Source: an uncultured Alphaproteobacteria bacterium
GTDB taxonomy: Bacteria; Pseudomonadota; Alphaproteobacteria; RF32; CAG-239
Assembly: GCA_944392275.1 (NCBI GenBank)
Contig: CALXWA010000004.1
Location: 93,408-157,407 of the forward strand
Direction of reading: 5' to 3'
Length of the DNA stretch: 64,000 nucleotides
In this document: in pieces, positions 20,149 to 31,008 of the stretch
How positions within the stretch are numbered: position 1 is the first letter of the stretch
Layout of the letters: every line of letters begins with the position of its first letter
Program-made: the position numbers and the translations under genes
The notes under the pieces: model-generated
Seen by the model: the letters and a program-made list of their open reading frames with translations, nothing else
What the model was told of the DNA's origin: nothing
Databases searched by the model: none

Positions 20149-21327
20149 ATGAAAATATTAGTTTTGAACTCCGGTTCTTCAACCTTAAAATACCAACTGT
20201 TTGATGTAAACAATCAAGAATATAAGGTCATTGCCAAAGGGAATGCAGAGCGTATCGGGCGTGACGCCTCTTTTGTCGGTATCAAATATGCCAATGGTGA
20301 CAAAAAGGAAGTCAAAGTCAACCTTCAAGATCACAAAACAGCCTTAAATGAAGTCTTAAAGCTTTTATTAGATGGCGTTATCAAGAATTTGAATGAAATT
20401 TCCGCCATAGGCCATCGTATTGTTCAAGGAGGGGCTATTTTTAAGAGCTCTACCTTAATTAATGATCAAGTTCTCAAAGACATTGAAGATTTAGCAACCT
20501 TAGCACCTTTGCACAACGGACCGGCCGCTTTGGTCATCCGTGCCGTAACCAAAGAACTTCCCAACGTAAAACAAGTTGCGGTTTTTGACACGGCTTTTCA
20601 CCAAACCATGCCTTACGAGGCTTATACTTATGCACTTCCGAAAGAGCAAATTGAAAAATATAAAATTCGTCGTTACGGGGCTCACGGGACATCCCATAAG
20701 TTTGTAGCTGAAGAAGCTGCCCGCATTTTAGGACAAGGCAAAAAAATCATTACCTGCCATATTGGCAGCGGAGCATCCATTACAGCCGTAAAGGATGGAA
20801 AGTGCATAGATACTTCTATGGGAATGACCCCTCTCGCCGGCATCATTATGGATACCCGTTGCGGGAACATTGATCCTTATATTCCGCTTTATATCATGAA
20901 GACACAGGGCTTAAGCGTTGATGAAGTCAATGACATGCTCAACAAAAAAAGCGGTAAGGCCGGACTAACCGGATATAGCGATTCCCGAGATTTTGAAGCA
21001 GCGTACCTCCGTGGAGAAGAAGCTGTTATCAACGCAATGAATGCTTACATCTATAACATTGTCAAACGGATAGGCAGCTACATTGCCGCTTTAGGCGGAG
21101 TGGATGCGATTGTCTTCACGGCCGGCGTCGGAGAAAACTCTCCCCTTGTCCGCAAACTTGTTTTGGAAAGACTTTCCTATCTTGGCCTCCGTGTTGACGA
21201 CACCGCTAACCAAAAGCGTGGTGAACTAACCGAAATTACACAGCCAGGATCAAAGGTTCGGGCTTTTGTTATTCCAACCAATGAAGAACTCGCCATCGCC
21301 AAAGATACCGTGGCTCTGAGTAAATAA
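20149..21327 (+). CDS. ackA: acetate kinase
   Basis: Motifs ILVLNSGSSTLKYQLF, VFDTAFHQTMP and YGAHGTSH. Confidence 0.95.
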   Translation: MKILVLNSGSSTLKYQLFDVNNQEYKVIAKGNAERIGRDASFVGIKYANGDKKEVKVNLQDHKTALNEVLKLLLDGVIKNLNEISAIGHRIVQGGAIFKSSTLINDQVLKDIEDLATLAPLHNGPAALVIRAVTKELPNVKQVAVFDTAFHQTMPYEAYTYALPKEQIEKYKIRRYGAHGTSHKFVAEEAARILGQGKKIITCHIGSGASITAVKDGKCIDTSMGMTPLAGIIMDTRCGNIDPYIPLYIMKTQGLSVDEVNDMLNKKSGKAGLTGYSDSRDFEAAYLRGEEAVINAMNAYIYNIVKRIGSYIAALGGVDAIVFTAGVGENSPLVRKLVLERLSYLGLRVDDTANQKRGELTEITQPGSKVRAFVIPTNEELAIAKDTVALSK

Positions 21328-21344
21328 AAAAAACCTAAAAAAAC

Positions 21345-21367
21345 AGCCCCTGAAAAGGGGCTTTTTT
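21345..21367 (+). terminator. rho-independent terminator after ackA
   Basis: Hairpin AGCCCCT-GAAA-AGGGGCT followed by T6. Confidence 0.75.
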
Positions 21368-21430
21368 ATTGGCAAACAATTCTTAAAAAACCAATACACA
21401 ATTTAACGACACAAAAACAAAAGCTCAAAC

Positions 21431-21751
21431 TTAAATATTCATTTGCATAATTGTATTATAAGCTTTAATGGCTGTATCTCTGACGGCGACAACTGTTTCT
21501 AAAGCCATCTCTGCATTTGAAACTGCCAAAACCACATCTTGAATATCTGCTTTTCCCTGAATACCGGCAACGGTCAGTTTTTCGCTCTCTTTATGCAAAT
21601 CAACGGTTTCTTCCAAAGCAGACTTAACCATATCTCCAAATTGTTCTTGGGTCGTAGGTGTTGTTGCAACTTTTTCGCTCTGAACTTGTCCTCCGATTCG
21701 CATTAAAGCTTGATTATAAGCATTTAAAGCACTGCTGATATTACTAACCAT
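21431..21751 (-). CDS. fliE: flagellar hook-basal body protein FliE
   Basis: 106 aa with a C-terminal FliE-like helix (AVSNAEMALETVVAVRDTAIKAYNTIMQM). It follows flgC. Confidence 0.85.
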   Translation of the reverse strand: MVSNISSALNAYNQALMRIGGQVQSEKVATTPTTQEQFGDMVKSALEETVDLHKESEKLTVAGIQGKADIQDVVLAVSNAEMALETVVAVRDTAIKAYNTIMQMNI

Positions 21752-21770
21752 AATTTTTCCCCTTCAAACT

Positions 21771-22184
21771 CTACTTCAAAATATCCAAGACACCGGAATT
21801 CATTTGTCTGGCGGTCTTCATCATATTCATATTGGCGTCATAAGCTCGCTGAGCTTCTTTCATATCCATCATTTCCACCAAGGTATTAACGTTTGGCAGC
21901 TTAACATATCCCTGAGCATCAGCCCCCGGATGATTGGGATCATATTTTTTTTCAAACGGAGACATATCGTGGGTCACTTTTCCCACTTTTACCATCTCAG
22001 CTCCGGTTTCTTGATCAACATAATTCTGGAACGTAACCACCTGTCTGCGATAGGGATCTCCTCCTGGTTCCGCAGAAATTGAATCGGCATTAGCCATATT
22101 TTGGGCAATAACCTTTAACCGTTGTGCCTGCACCTTCATTCCCGAATTGGCAATATCGGCACTGATTGATAAATTACCGGCCAT
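21771..22184 (-). CDS. flgC: flagellar basal-body rod protein FlgC
   Basis: N-terminus SGMKVQAQRLKVIAQNMANADS and C-terminus MVEMMDMKEAQRAYDANMNM. Confidence 0.92.
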   Translation of the reverse strand: MAGNLSISADIANSGMKVQAQRLKVIAQNMANADSISAEPGGDPYRRQVVTFQNYVDQETGAEMVKVGKVTHDMSPFEKKYDPNHPGADAQGYVKLPNVNTLVEMMDMKEAQRAYDANMNMMKTARQMNSGVLDILK

Positions 22185-22195
22185 CTTTTATCTCC

Positions 22196-22606
22196 CTATC
22201 CCGAAACCTTTGTATTTGCCAACTGCAAAATCGTTTTATATTTATTATACAACGTAATCATTCGGTTATATTCACTACTTGTTTTACTGGCCTCATTCAT
22301 TTGGTCTTCCAAAATGACACCGTTTCCGTCAATGGTCAAAGCCGATGTCGGACGTGGAATATAAACTTTAAGATTCTGTTGTGTGGTGTTTTCGGCAATT
22401 CCGCTCATATGTTTTGGATTCGTGAGCGTCATCTGCAAACGTTCTTCTTTAACGTCATTATCAAAGTTTGGCTTTTCAAGCTCTCGAGCTAAATACCCCG
22501 GAGTTGTTGCATTGGCAATATTACCGGCAATGACTTTTTGCCTTGCCGTCAAATAATCCATGTTCTGTTTGGCATAACCAAAAACCGACAGATTTTTTAA
22601 ATCCAT
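22196..22606 (-). CDS. flgB: flagellar basal-body rod protein FlgB
   Basis: Rod N-terminal motif LTARQKVIAGNIANATTPGY. I chose the ATG at 22606. Confidence 0.88.
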   Translation of the reverse strand: MDLKNLSVFGYAKQNMDYLTARQKVIAGNIANATTPGYLARELEKPNFDNDVKEERLQMTLTNPKHMSGIAENTTQQNLKVYIPRPTSALTIDGNGVILEDQMNEASKTSSEYNRMITLYNKYKTILQLANTKVSG

Positions 22607-22733
22607 AATGCAAACTCCCCTTCTGTTGCATGTCCCCACATACAACAACATATGCAAATCCTATGCCATTTAAAAACCCTTGCACAATATCATTTTAAAA
22701 CTTAAACTAACAAGAGTTAAAAAGGATAAGCCT

Positions 22734-23051
22734 ATGTCTGATGATGATAATAAAACAACACAATCAAAAAACAATCCGGATTTGGACTTTTCCCCAGATT
22801 ATGCGGTTGCTCTCGGGTATGATAAAGAAAAAAACGCTGCGCCGACCGTTCTGGCAAAAGGATCCGGACATGTTGCGGAACGTATTGTACAATTGGCTCT
22901 AGACAACGACATTACCATCCATCAAGATGCCGATTTATTACAAATCTTAAAAGCCGTAGATATTGATGAGGAAATTCCGGTAGAAGCATTTGCCGCCGTT
23001 GCAGAAATTATTTCATATATTTATCAACAAAACGGAAAAAACATTAATTAA
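22734..23051 (+). CDS. stand-alone FlhB C-terminal-domain-like protein (FhlB/YlqH type)
   Basis: Sequence YAVALGYDKEKNAAPTVLAKGSGHVAERIVQLALDNDITIHQDADL matches the FlhB C-domain, but SPDY replaces NPTH. ATG at 22734. Confidence 0.75.
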   Translation: MSDDDNKTTQSKNNPDLDFSPDYAVALGYDKEKNAAPTVLAKGSGHVAERIVQLALDNDITIHQDADLLQILKAVDIDEEIPVEAFAAVAEIISYIYQQNGKNIN

Positions 23052-23089
23052 AAAAAAAGACCATGTATACACACATGGTCTTTTTTTTT
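23051..23089. terminator. bidirectional rho-independent terminator
   Basis: A8-GACCATGT-ATACAC-ACATGGTC-T9, lying between convergent genes. Confidence 0.8.
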
Positions 23090-23690
23090 ACATCACAAAA
23101 CGTTCATCATCAGGCATCGCCAAATAAGTCCCGCAAAAGAAACCTCCCAAACAAAGCTTCTCACTTTCCAAATAACCGGAAACAACATCCACGTAAAAAA
23201 CATCTAGTTTAGAAACCCCAATCAACCACATTAACTGTTCCTGATCCAAAACCGTTTTTTTCAGAGGAATTAAATTAGGGTAACACTCTTCTTTTTTTAA
23301 GGGACATTTATCCTTTGCAAGCCTAAAAGCTTCGGAATAAGAACAAAACCTGGAGTGCCTTGCCTTAATTTCTTCATGCTTTTTGCTATAATAAAACAAC
23401 CCGGTAGAACACTTAAAAAAGCCTTCTTTTTGTAAGATTCTTACCAAATTTTTATCCTCTTTGGTAATTTCGGAATAAAAAGCAAGCTTTTCTTTTTCCA
23501 ACGGGGTTGCCTTAACATTTTCCCCGCCTAAGCGATAGGCCGTATAAAAATTGTTGTCTTTTTCCAACAAGATATATTCCGGACAATCGTACCAAATAAC
23601 AGGAACAACATTTTTCTCGCTCTCTTTATTAAACCAGGGAATTTTTTGCGAAAAAAGCTCTATTGCTCTCGCTTTGCTTAGTTTTTTCAT
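23088..23690 (-). CDS. hypothetical protein (200 aa), no recognisable motif
   Basis: Long ORF with codon usage like its neighbours. I recognised no family. Confidence 0.5.
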   Translation of the reverse strand: MKKLSKARAIELFSQKIPWFNKESEKNVVPVIWYDCPEYILLEKDNNFYTAYRLGGENVKATPLEKEKLAFYSEITKEDKNLVRILQKEGFFKCSTGLFYYSKKHEEIKARHSRFCSYSEAFRLAKDKCPLKKEECYPNLIPLKKTVLDQEQLMWLIGVSKLDVFYVDVVSGYLESEKLCLGGFFCGTYLAMPDDERFVM

Positions 23691-23763
23691 TTTTATTTGA
23701 TTTAATTAATAATTTTTATAAAAATAATCGCTAAATTTAAGGATATATTTTTTTGTCCAACTG

Positions 23764-24978
23764 TCAATTATTTTTTTGCAACACCGCAACAAAAAAGCCA
23801 TCGGTTCCCGTCGTCAGCGGTGACATTTTCAAATATTTTTCCGTAAAATACGGATAAGGCTGAGCAAAAAATTTTGCCCATAACTTTTTCATATCAAACA
23901 AAGAAAATTCCGAGTGTTGCCGTAAAAAAGAATCAATATTTTCTTCATCCTCATCAGGCAAAAGAGAACATGTAATGTAAATTAACCGTCCACCGACTTT
24001 AACTTTTTGTGCCCCAATTTCCAACAATTCTCTTTGGGTTCTGACCAATTTTTTCAACGTTTCTTCTTTTAAGCGAAATTTAGCATCCGGAGCTCTCCGC
24101 CATGTTCCCGTTCCAGAACACGGGACATCCATAATCAAGCGATCAAAATCACAATCACTGGAGGCAACAATATCCGTCAGCTCAATGTTGTGAAGATTTA
24201 ATCTCTGCATTCTGGGTTTGATGGCCTCCAAGCGTTTAGCGGAGATATCATGAGCCAAAATATGCCCTCTTCCACCCAGCAAATGAGCCAGCATCAAACT
24301 TTTTCCGCCCGCCCCGCAACAATAATCCATAATTTTATGCTCCAAAGCAACATCGCACAAAATACTTGCAATTTGAGAAGCCTCATCCTGAACTTCCAGC
24401 ACCCCTTCCTGATAGGCAATACAATTTCCCAAACTAATCCGACTTAAACTTCTTATTCCGTACGGAGAATAGGTTGTCGGGACAACATCAAACCCTTCAG
24501 CCCTAAGACGCCGTATCCCTTCCTCCCGAGAAATTCCGTTGACCCTAAAGTCAGCTCCGGCAGGCTCATTCAAGGCTTTGCATAACGACATATCTTTGAT
24601 TTTTTCAAACAACCACTGTGGACATTCGGCCTCAACAAAATCCGGATAAACCTCTTCCCTCAGCGATTGCAACCATTTTTTTTCTTCCTCCGTAAGCGGA
24701 GACAGCTCATAAGCAGAACCGTCAAAAACCTCATCCAGCTTGTCTCTTAACAGATACAACAAAATTTTTCTCGGCTCTTTTGTTGCTGCAGAAAATTCAA
24801 GTTTCAAGCGATTCCGAATAATTTTCCAAACCAAATCACTGATAAAACGTCGATCCTTGGAGCCAATATATTTTCGTGCACGTAAATATTCATTAAGCAG
24901 AGCATCCGCCGGTTTTTCGTCCTTAAAAATCTCTGTAATCAACTCCAAAACTGCCTGGTATCGAGCTCCGTTTTGCAT
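23764..24978 (-). CDS. RsmB/NOP-family rRNA cytosine-C5 methyltransferase
   Basis: SAM motif DYCCGAGGKS, and the catalytic motifs DVPCSGTGTWRR and IYITCSL. Confidence 0.85.
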   Translation of the reverse strand: MQNGARYQAVLELITEIFKDEKPADALLNEYLRARKYIGSKDRRFISDLVWKIIRNRLKLEFSAATKEPRKILLYLLRDKLDEVFDGSAYELSPLTEEEKKWLQSLREEVYPDFVEAECPQWLFEKIKDMSLCKALNEPAGADFRVNGISREEGIRRLRAEGFDVVPTTYSPYGIRSLSRISLGNCIAYQEGVLEVQDEASQIASILCDVALEHKIMDYCCGAGGKSLMLAHLLGGRGHILAHDISAKRLEAIKPRMQRLNLHNIELTDIVASSDCDFDRLIMDVPCSGTGTWRRAPDAKFRLKEETLKKLVRTQRELLEIGAQKVKVGGRLIYITCSLLPDEDEENIDSFLRQHSEFSLFDMKKLWAKFFAQPYPYFTEKYLKMSPLTTGTDGFFVAVLQKNN

Positions 24979-25005
24979 ACCCCCTCACTTACCTAAAAAA
25001 GAGAA

Positions 25006-25704
25006 TTATTCTTTTTTTCCTCGGTAGCCGATTGCCACCAAATACGTTTCCGGACTTTGCTTACGACTGGCATCGGGTTTAAAATGTCCGACTTTAGCAA
25101 AATTCTTTTTGGCATCCGCCAACAACTCGCCTTCTGCACCGCCTTGAAAAACTTTAGCAATAAAAATTCCGCCTTCGGCCAAAACTTCTTTAGCAAACAA
25201 ATACCCGGCTTCCACCAACGCAATGGTTCGCAAATGATCTGTTTGCTGATGTCCGGTTGTGTTCGCAGCCATATCACTCATCACAATATCTGCCGGACCT
25301 TTCAACAAGGCCTTTAATTTATCGGGAGCATCCTCGGTTGTAAAATCCTGACAAATTAAAATTGCTCCTTTAACAGGCTCGGTCTCTAAAATATCTATTC
25401 CCACAACCTGACCGCTCCCTTTGTTTCTCTCCACCGCAACTTGCGTCCATCCGCCGGGAGCACACCCCAAATCAATAATGGTTTTACCTTTGCCTAAAAA
25501 ATGGTATTTTTCATCAAGCTGAATCAACTTAAAGGCCGCCCGAGACCGATACCCCAAACGTTTTGATTCCGCAACGTAAGGATCATTTAATTGTCTTTGC
25601 AGCCACTGATTGGAAGACTTTTTCTTATACTTTGACGTTTTAACACGGACCGTCAAATTATGCCGTCCGGTAATTTCCTTAGCCGACTTTGTCAACTTTG
25701 CCAT
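25006..25704 (-). CDS. rlmE: 23S rRNA U2552 2'-O-methyltransferase RlmE/FtsJ
   Basis: Motifs GYRSRAAFKLIQLDEKY, DLGCAPGGW and VMSDMA. Confidence 0.9.
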   Translation of the reverse strand: MAKLTKSAKEITGRHNLTVRVKTSKYKKKSSNQWLQRQLNDPYVAESKRLGYRSRAAFKLIQLDEKYHFLGKGKTIIDLGCAPGGWTQVAVERNKGSGQVVGIDILETEPVKGAILICQDFTTEDAPDKLKALLKGPADIVMSDMAANTTGHQQTDHLRTIALVEAGYLFAKEVLAEGGIFIAKVFQGGAEGELLADAKKNFAKVGHFKPDASRKQSPETYLVAIGYRGKKE

Positions 25705-26641
25705 TTTTATCTTCCTCGATCAATTCTTCCACAATACCATCAACCGCACTTTTTAGAGATGCCGTTAAATAAGGAATACTTAAACCATCATAAATGGTTT
25801 TAAAAATCGTACAACCGGCAATAAAAATATGCGACCGTTTTTCCCCGATATAGGGGCTTTTTGCCAATTCTTGCTGTGTTGAAGAGCAGATTTTTAAGAT
25901 ACATTCGTCCAACTGTTCTCGCCGGATACATAATCCGTCGCACTGCTCTCGTTTATATTCCCCAAACTGATTAATCATTGCCGCCAAACGTAAAGGTGTA
26001 CTGGAGGTTGCTAAAAACAAAACCTCCGGAGCAATATCTTTCAAATGTGTTTCCTGAACAAAGGCCTCGACATAGGGGATTATCTCTTGTTGCAATTTTT
26101 TTTGTTGCTCCAAATTAGCCGAAACCAACTGAAAAGCCTCTGCCGCATTACGAGCCCCCCACGGAATGGAAATCGTATGGATTATTTTAGGATTTTGTTG
26201 ATTGGTAGCCAAAGTAATTTCCGTTGATCCACCGCCCAAATCATACAAAACGACATACTTGCTTTTTCCTTTAACATGAACCAAAGACCCCTTCAAATTA
26301 AGGCGAGCTTCTTCATAACTGTCAATGACTTCTATCGGGATTAAAGATTCATAATAAACCTGCCGAATAAAATCCGCACTGTTTTTAGCCATCCGACATC
26401 CGGCGGTTGCAATCGCCCGGTACCGAGCAATCGGATATTGATTCATAATCTGCTTAAAATCATAAAAACATTTCACGCCTCTTTCCATTGCCTCAGGGGT
26501 AAAACACATTGTCGGATACATTCCCTCTCCCAAACGTGTTTGCGAACTTTCCTTACAAAGCTGCTTGCCTTGCTCGTCACAAATCAATAATCGACACGAA
26601 TTCGTCCCCAAATCAATAGCCGCAAAACACTTATTTGTCAT
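25679..26641 (-). CDS. Ppx/GppA-family phosphatase, short form (copy 2)
   Basis: ASKHA motifs AAIDLGTNSCRLL and YDLGGGSTE. Confidence 0.8.
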   Translation of the reverse strand: MTNKCFAAIDLGTNSCRLLICDEQGKQLCKESSQTRLGEGMYPTMCFTPEAMERGVKCFYDFKQIMNQYPIARYRAIATAGCRMAKNSADFIRQVYYESLIPIEVIDSYEEARLNLKGSLVHVKGKSKYVVLYDLGGGSTEITLATNQQNPKIIHTISIPWGARNAAEAFQLVSANLEQQKKLQQEIIPYVEAFVQETHLKDIAPEVLFLATSSTPLRLAAMINQFGEYKREQCDGLCIRREQLDECILKICSSTQQELAKSPYIGEKRSHIFIAGCTIFKTIYDGLSIPYLTASLKSAVDGIVEELIEEDKNGKVDKVG

Positions 26642-27761
26642 TGGAATTTCCTTCCTTATTTTTATGGAAATTACCCCGATTACGATTATACGGATGCCGT
26701 GAACGCCATTTTTTCTTTTGCATATGCTTTTGGGCGTGCATCATATCCAAAAGAATACCTTCACGAATACCTCGATCAGCAACCGTAATTTCCGTAATGG
26801 GCCAAAAAGAATATATTCCCTCAATGATGGCACATCCGGCAACTGTCAAATCCGATTTTTGCATTCCGATACACGGATGCTTCTTCCGCCCCTCATCGCC
26901 CAAGCGTTTGATTTTGGCAATGGTCCTTTCCAAATCTTGTTTTGAAATGGAAATTCCATCCACCGCCGAACGATTATAACGAGGCAGATTCAAATGGACG
27001 GCACCTAAAACCGTAACGGTCCCCGATGTCCCGATAACTTGAATTTCCTGATTGGCAATAGCCTCACTGATATGGTATTTTTCCTCAAACTCGGCTAAAA
27101 TTTTGTGTGTCCGCTCAATAATGGTATTATAAGCCAACTCCGTCATATCCCCTGACGGAAAAGCTTCCGAAACGGTAACCACGCCATAAGGCAAAGAAAC
27201 AAAACCTTCAATAAACGTTTTTCCGCTATTGGTGGTTCGGGCCAAAGAAATTTCGGTTGACCCTCCCCCGATATCAAAAACCAAAGCTCGCTTAATATTT
27301 CGGTTAAGTAGCGGAATACAACCAACCACGGCCAAACGAGATTCTTCTTTAGAGGAGATAATCTCAATATTCAACCCTGTTTCTCTCTTAACCTGCTCCA
27401 TAAACTGCTTACAGTTAACGGCACGACGACAAGCGGCCGTCGCAACATATCTCGAGTTATAGATGGGAGCATATTCTTCCAACACTCCCGCACAAACCTT
27501 CAAGGCTCCGATTGTTCGTTTGATAGCGGCTTTTGAAAGCTCATTATTATTAATAATACCCTCCCCCAAACGAGTAATCTTAGAAAACGTTTCTACAATT
27601 CGAAAAGAGGTCGGCGTCGGAGTCGCAATTACCAAACGACACGAATTTGTTCCTAAATCAATTGCGGCATAGTTTCGAACAATGTTTTGCTCCGCAACTT
27701 TAGGTGCTATTTTTTTATTTGAAGGCTTTGCAACATTTTTATTATTGCGCCATTTATTCAT
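26631..27761 (-). CDS. Ppx/GppA-family phosphatase, short form with basic C-terminal tail (copy 1)
   Basis: Motifs AAIDLGTNSCRLV and FDIGGGSTE. The C-terminus is very basic (KKKWRSRHPYNRNRGNFHKNK). Confidence 0.8.
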   Translation of the reverse strand: MNKWRNNKNVAKPSNKKIAPKVAEQNIVRNYAAIDLGTNSCRLVIATPTPTSFRIVETFSKITRLGEGIINNNELSKAAIKRTIGALKVCAGVLEEYAPIYNSRYVATAACRRAVNCKQFMEQVKRETGLNIEIISSKEESRLAVVGCIPLLNRNIKRALVFDIGGGSTEISLARTTNSGKTFIEGFVSLPYGVVTVSEAFPSGDMTELAYNTIIERTHKILAEFEEKYHISEAIANQEIQVIGTSGTVTVLGAVHLNLPRYNRSAVDGISISKQDLERTIAKIKRLGDEGRKKHPCIGMQKSDLTVAGCAIIEGIYSFWPITEITVADRGIREGILLDMMHAQKHMQKKKWRSRHPYNRNRGNFHKNKEGNSNDK

Positions 27762-27851
27762 TCTTTTTATGCATTCATAATATAAATTATACAGTTGATT
27801 TATATATAAACCATAAAAATCCGTGACACAATACCTTTTTTATCCTCAAAG

Positions 27852-27882
27852 AAAAAAGGCAGAAACTTTTTATCCCTGCCTT
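27852..27882 (-). terminator. rho-independent terminator after ccrM
   Basis: On the minus strand, hairpin AAGGCAG...CTGCCTT is followed by T6. Confidence 0.6.
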
Positions 27883-27894
27883 TTACAAAAAATT

Positions 27895-29040
<1,146 letters not shown>

Positions 29041-29054
29041 TCACTGACAGATGG

Positions 29055-29070
29055 TTATAAATTTATTAAC
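29055..29070. promoter_or_regulatory. CtrA-box-like motif upstream of ccrM
   Basis: TTAT-N7-TTAAC, one mismatch to TTAA-N7-TTAAC, lying 63-78 nt upstream of the ccrM ATG. Confidence 0.3.
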
Positions 29071-29184
29071 AACCTCAAAAAAAGACTTTACAAAACCAGA
29101 AATTTTTTTCTTTCATTTCAAACGAATTGTTTTTGCTTATTTTTTTCAAAAAAAAATATTTTAAGCAATTTTCTTCCTTCAAAC

Positions 29185-29817
29185 TCAGGCTGATTTTTCC
29201 AACATTATTTCCTGAATCGGACGATACGACTTCCGATGCTCAGGAATAATTCCGTGAAGTTTAAGACCTTCAATATGTGCCTTAGTCCCATAACCGGCAT
29301 TTTTTTCAAAACCATAATAAGGATATTTTTGTGCCAGATCCGCCATCAATCGATCTCGATACACTTTTGCAACAATTGAGGCCGCGGCAATCGACAAAGA
29401 GCGAGCATCACCTTTAACAACGGTTTGTGTTGGACACGGAAAATCCTTGGGCTTTTGGTTTCCGTCAATGAGAGCAATTTGTGGTTTTACCCCTAAAGCG
29501 GCAAACGCTCTCTTCATAGCCACAAAAGTCGCTTGCAAAATATTCAGTTCATCAATTTCCTGAGCACTGGCCTGCCCGATTCCGAGAGCAACTTGTCCCT
29601 TTTCTTGTGCCTCAAAAAGCCGTTCATACAATTGTTCTCTCTTTTTGGCACTGAGTTTTTTTGAATCATCCAACCCATTCAACAAAACAGGATCCAAATT
29701 ACGATCCAAAACCACAACCGCTCCGGCAACAACCGGACCGGCCCAAGGTCCTCTTCCGGCCTCATCAATCCCGGCAACCATCCCGGAAAAAGTATCTTCA
29801 ATCAAAAAATCGGGCAT
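29185..29817 (-). CDS. rnhB: ribonuclease HII
   Basis: Motif GIDEAGRGPWAGPVV. Size is 210 aa. Confidence 0.92.
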   Translation of the reverse strand: MPDFLIEDTFSGMVAGIDEAGRGPWAGPVVAGAVVVLDRNLDPVLLNGLDDSKKLSAKKREQLYERLFEAQEKGQVALGIGQASAQEIDELNILQATFVAMKRAFAALGVKPQIALIDGNQKPKDFPCPTQTVVKGDARSLSIAAASIVAKVYRDRLMADLAQKYPYYGFEKNAGYGTKAHIEGLKLHGIIPEHRKSYRPIQEIMLEKSA

Positions 29818-29830
29818 TACTTAATCACCG

Positions 29831-30817
29831 CTATATTTTAATGTTGATTCCGCTATCGGTTAATTCGCAGGCTCCTCCAATCGGAAAAGTTAACATCGGT
29901 GTTGTATGCCCAAAATCCACATTCCCGATAACCGGCAGATTATCCAATTGCGGAATGGCATTCACAATATAACGCAACTTATTCTCATCAACATCGGATG
30001 CCTTCTGAAACCGACCGATAAGCACGGCCTTAACATTCTTAAAATCCGGCTGATAAGCCAGAGCCTGTAATTCTCTTAAAAAAGTTGCCCCATCCCCGGA
30101 TGATTCAAAACAATTCTCCACAAACAAAATGGTATCTTTCTTAAATTCCGGACGATACGAACTCCCCAACAAGAGATTAAAGGTCCCCAAATTTCCGCCG
30201 ATAATTGTTCCTCTTGCCGTACCGGAATGGATGGTCCAATACCCTTCATTTTTGATAAAAGAGCGTTTTTCCTGATCAATAAACCACAAATCATCGCTCC
30301 ATTCCTCAGAGGGAACAACCGTGTAACTCCCTTTGCCAAACAACATGGTTTTCATCACTTGCCACGTATAATCAAAGCCTTTTTTCATACCAAAAGAGCT
30401 AAAATGCGGTCCGGAAAAAGTAACCAAACCGGTCTTGGCATAGATTCCGTTTAACAAAGCCGTAATATCGGAAAAACCGCAAAAAATCTTTGGATGTTTT
30501 TTTATAAGTTCATAATCCAAAAACGGCAACAATTGGTTAGAATTAAAACCGCCGATCATGGTAAAAATGGCTTTAACGCGAGTATCGGCAAAAGCCTCAT
30601 TAATATCGGCAGCCCGTTTTGCAATTTCCGTCGTCCCCATCAAATCCCAATTATCATCAACGGCATTTTCGGCATAAACAACCTTCAACCCCATTTCTTC
30701 AAAACGCTGGCGAGCAATTTCTCGGCTGTCCGGACCAATAATTTTAATCCCGCGAGACGGTGCAACGATTCGAATTTCATCACCTGTTTTCAAGGGAGCC
30801 GGAATAATTTTTTGCAT
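29831..30817 (-). CDS. LD-carboxypeptidase (peptidase S66, LdcA/MccF-like)
   Basis: Nucleophile motif GFSDITAL and C-terminal FGHT. Confidence 0.8.
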   Translation of the reverse strand: MQKIIPAPLKTGDEIRIVAPSRGIKIIGPDSREIARQRFEEMGLKVVYAENAVDDNWDLMGTTEIAKRAADINEAFADTRVKAIFTMIGGFNSNQLLPFLDYELIKKHPKIFCGFSDITALLNGIYAKTGLVTFSGPHFSSFGMKKGFDYTWQVMKTMLFGKGSYTVVPSEEWSDDLWFIDQEKRSFIKNEGYWTIHSGTARGTIIGGNLGTFNLLLGSSYRPEFKKDTILFVENCFESSGDGATFLRELQALAYQPDFKNVKAVLIGRFQKASDVDENKLRYIVNAIPQLDNLPVIGNVDFGHTTPMLTFPIGGACELTDSGINIKI

Positions 30818-30945
30818 AATTTTCTCCTTATTTCTAAAAAAAACTTTTCTTTAGTCATACAACGTTCTTGTGCTTTTCTCAACCAAAAATTCCCCTTAAA
30901 CACATCCAAAATAAAAAAAACTTTTTCCAATCAAAAAAATAAATC

Positions 30946-30989
30946 TTGCAGAAAAAAAACAAAAAGCTATTATAGAACAAAATAAGAAC
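30946..30989 (+). promoter_or_regulatory. sigma70-like promoter plus alphaproteobacterial LexA (SOS) box
   Basis: TTGCAG-N16-TATTAT (30946-30973) directly abuts GAAC-AAAATAA-GAAC (30975-30989), 20 nt upstream of the umuD'-like ATG. Confidence 0.65.
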
Positions 30990-31008
30990 ATTTACCAAGG
31001 AGAAACAA

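Noticed and set aside
30494-30985. 163-aa ORF antisense to the LD-carboxypeptidase gene, running into the umuD' promoter region.
   Set aside because: No ribosome-binding site or motifs are present, and it is antisense to a gene with clear S66 motifs.
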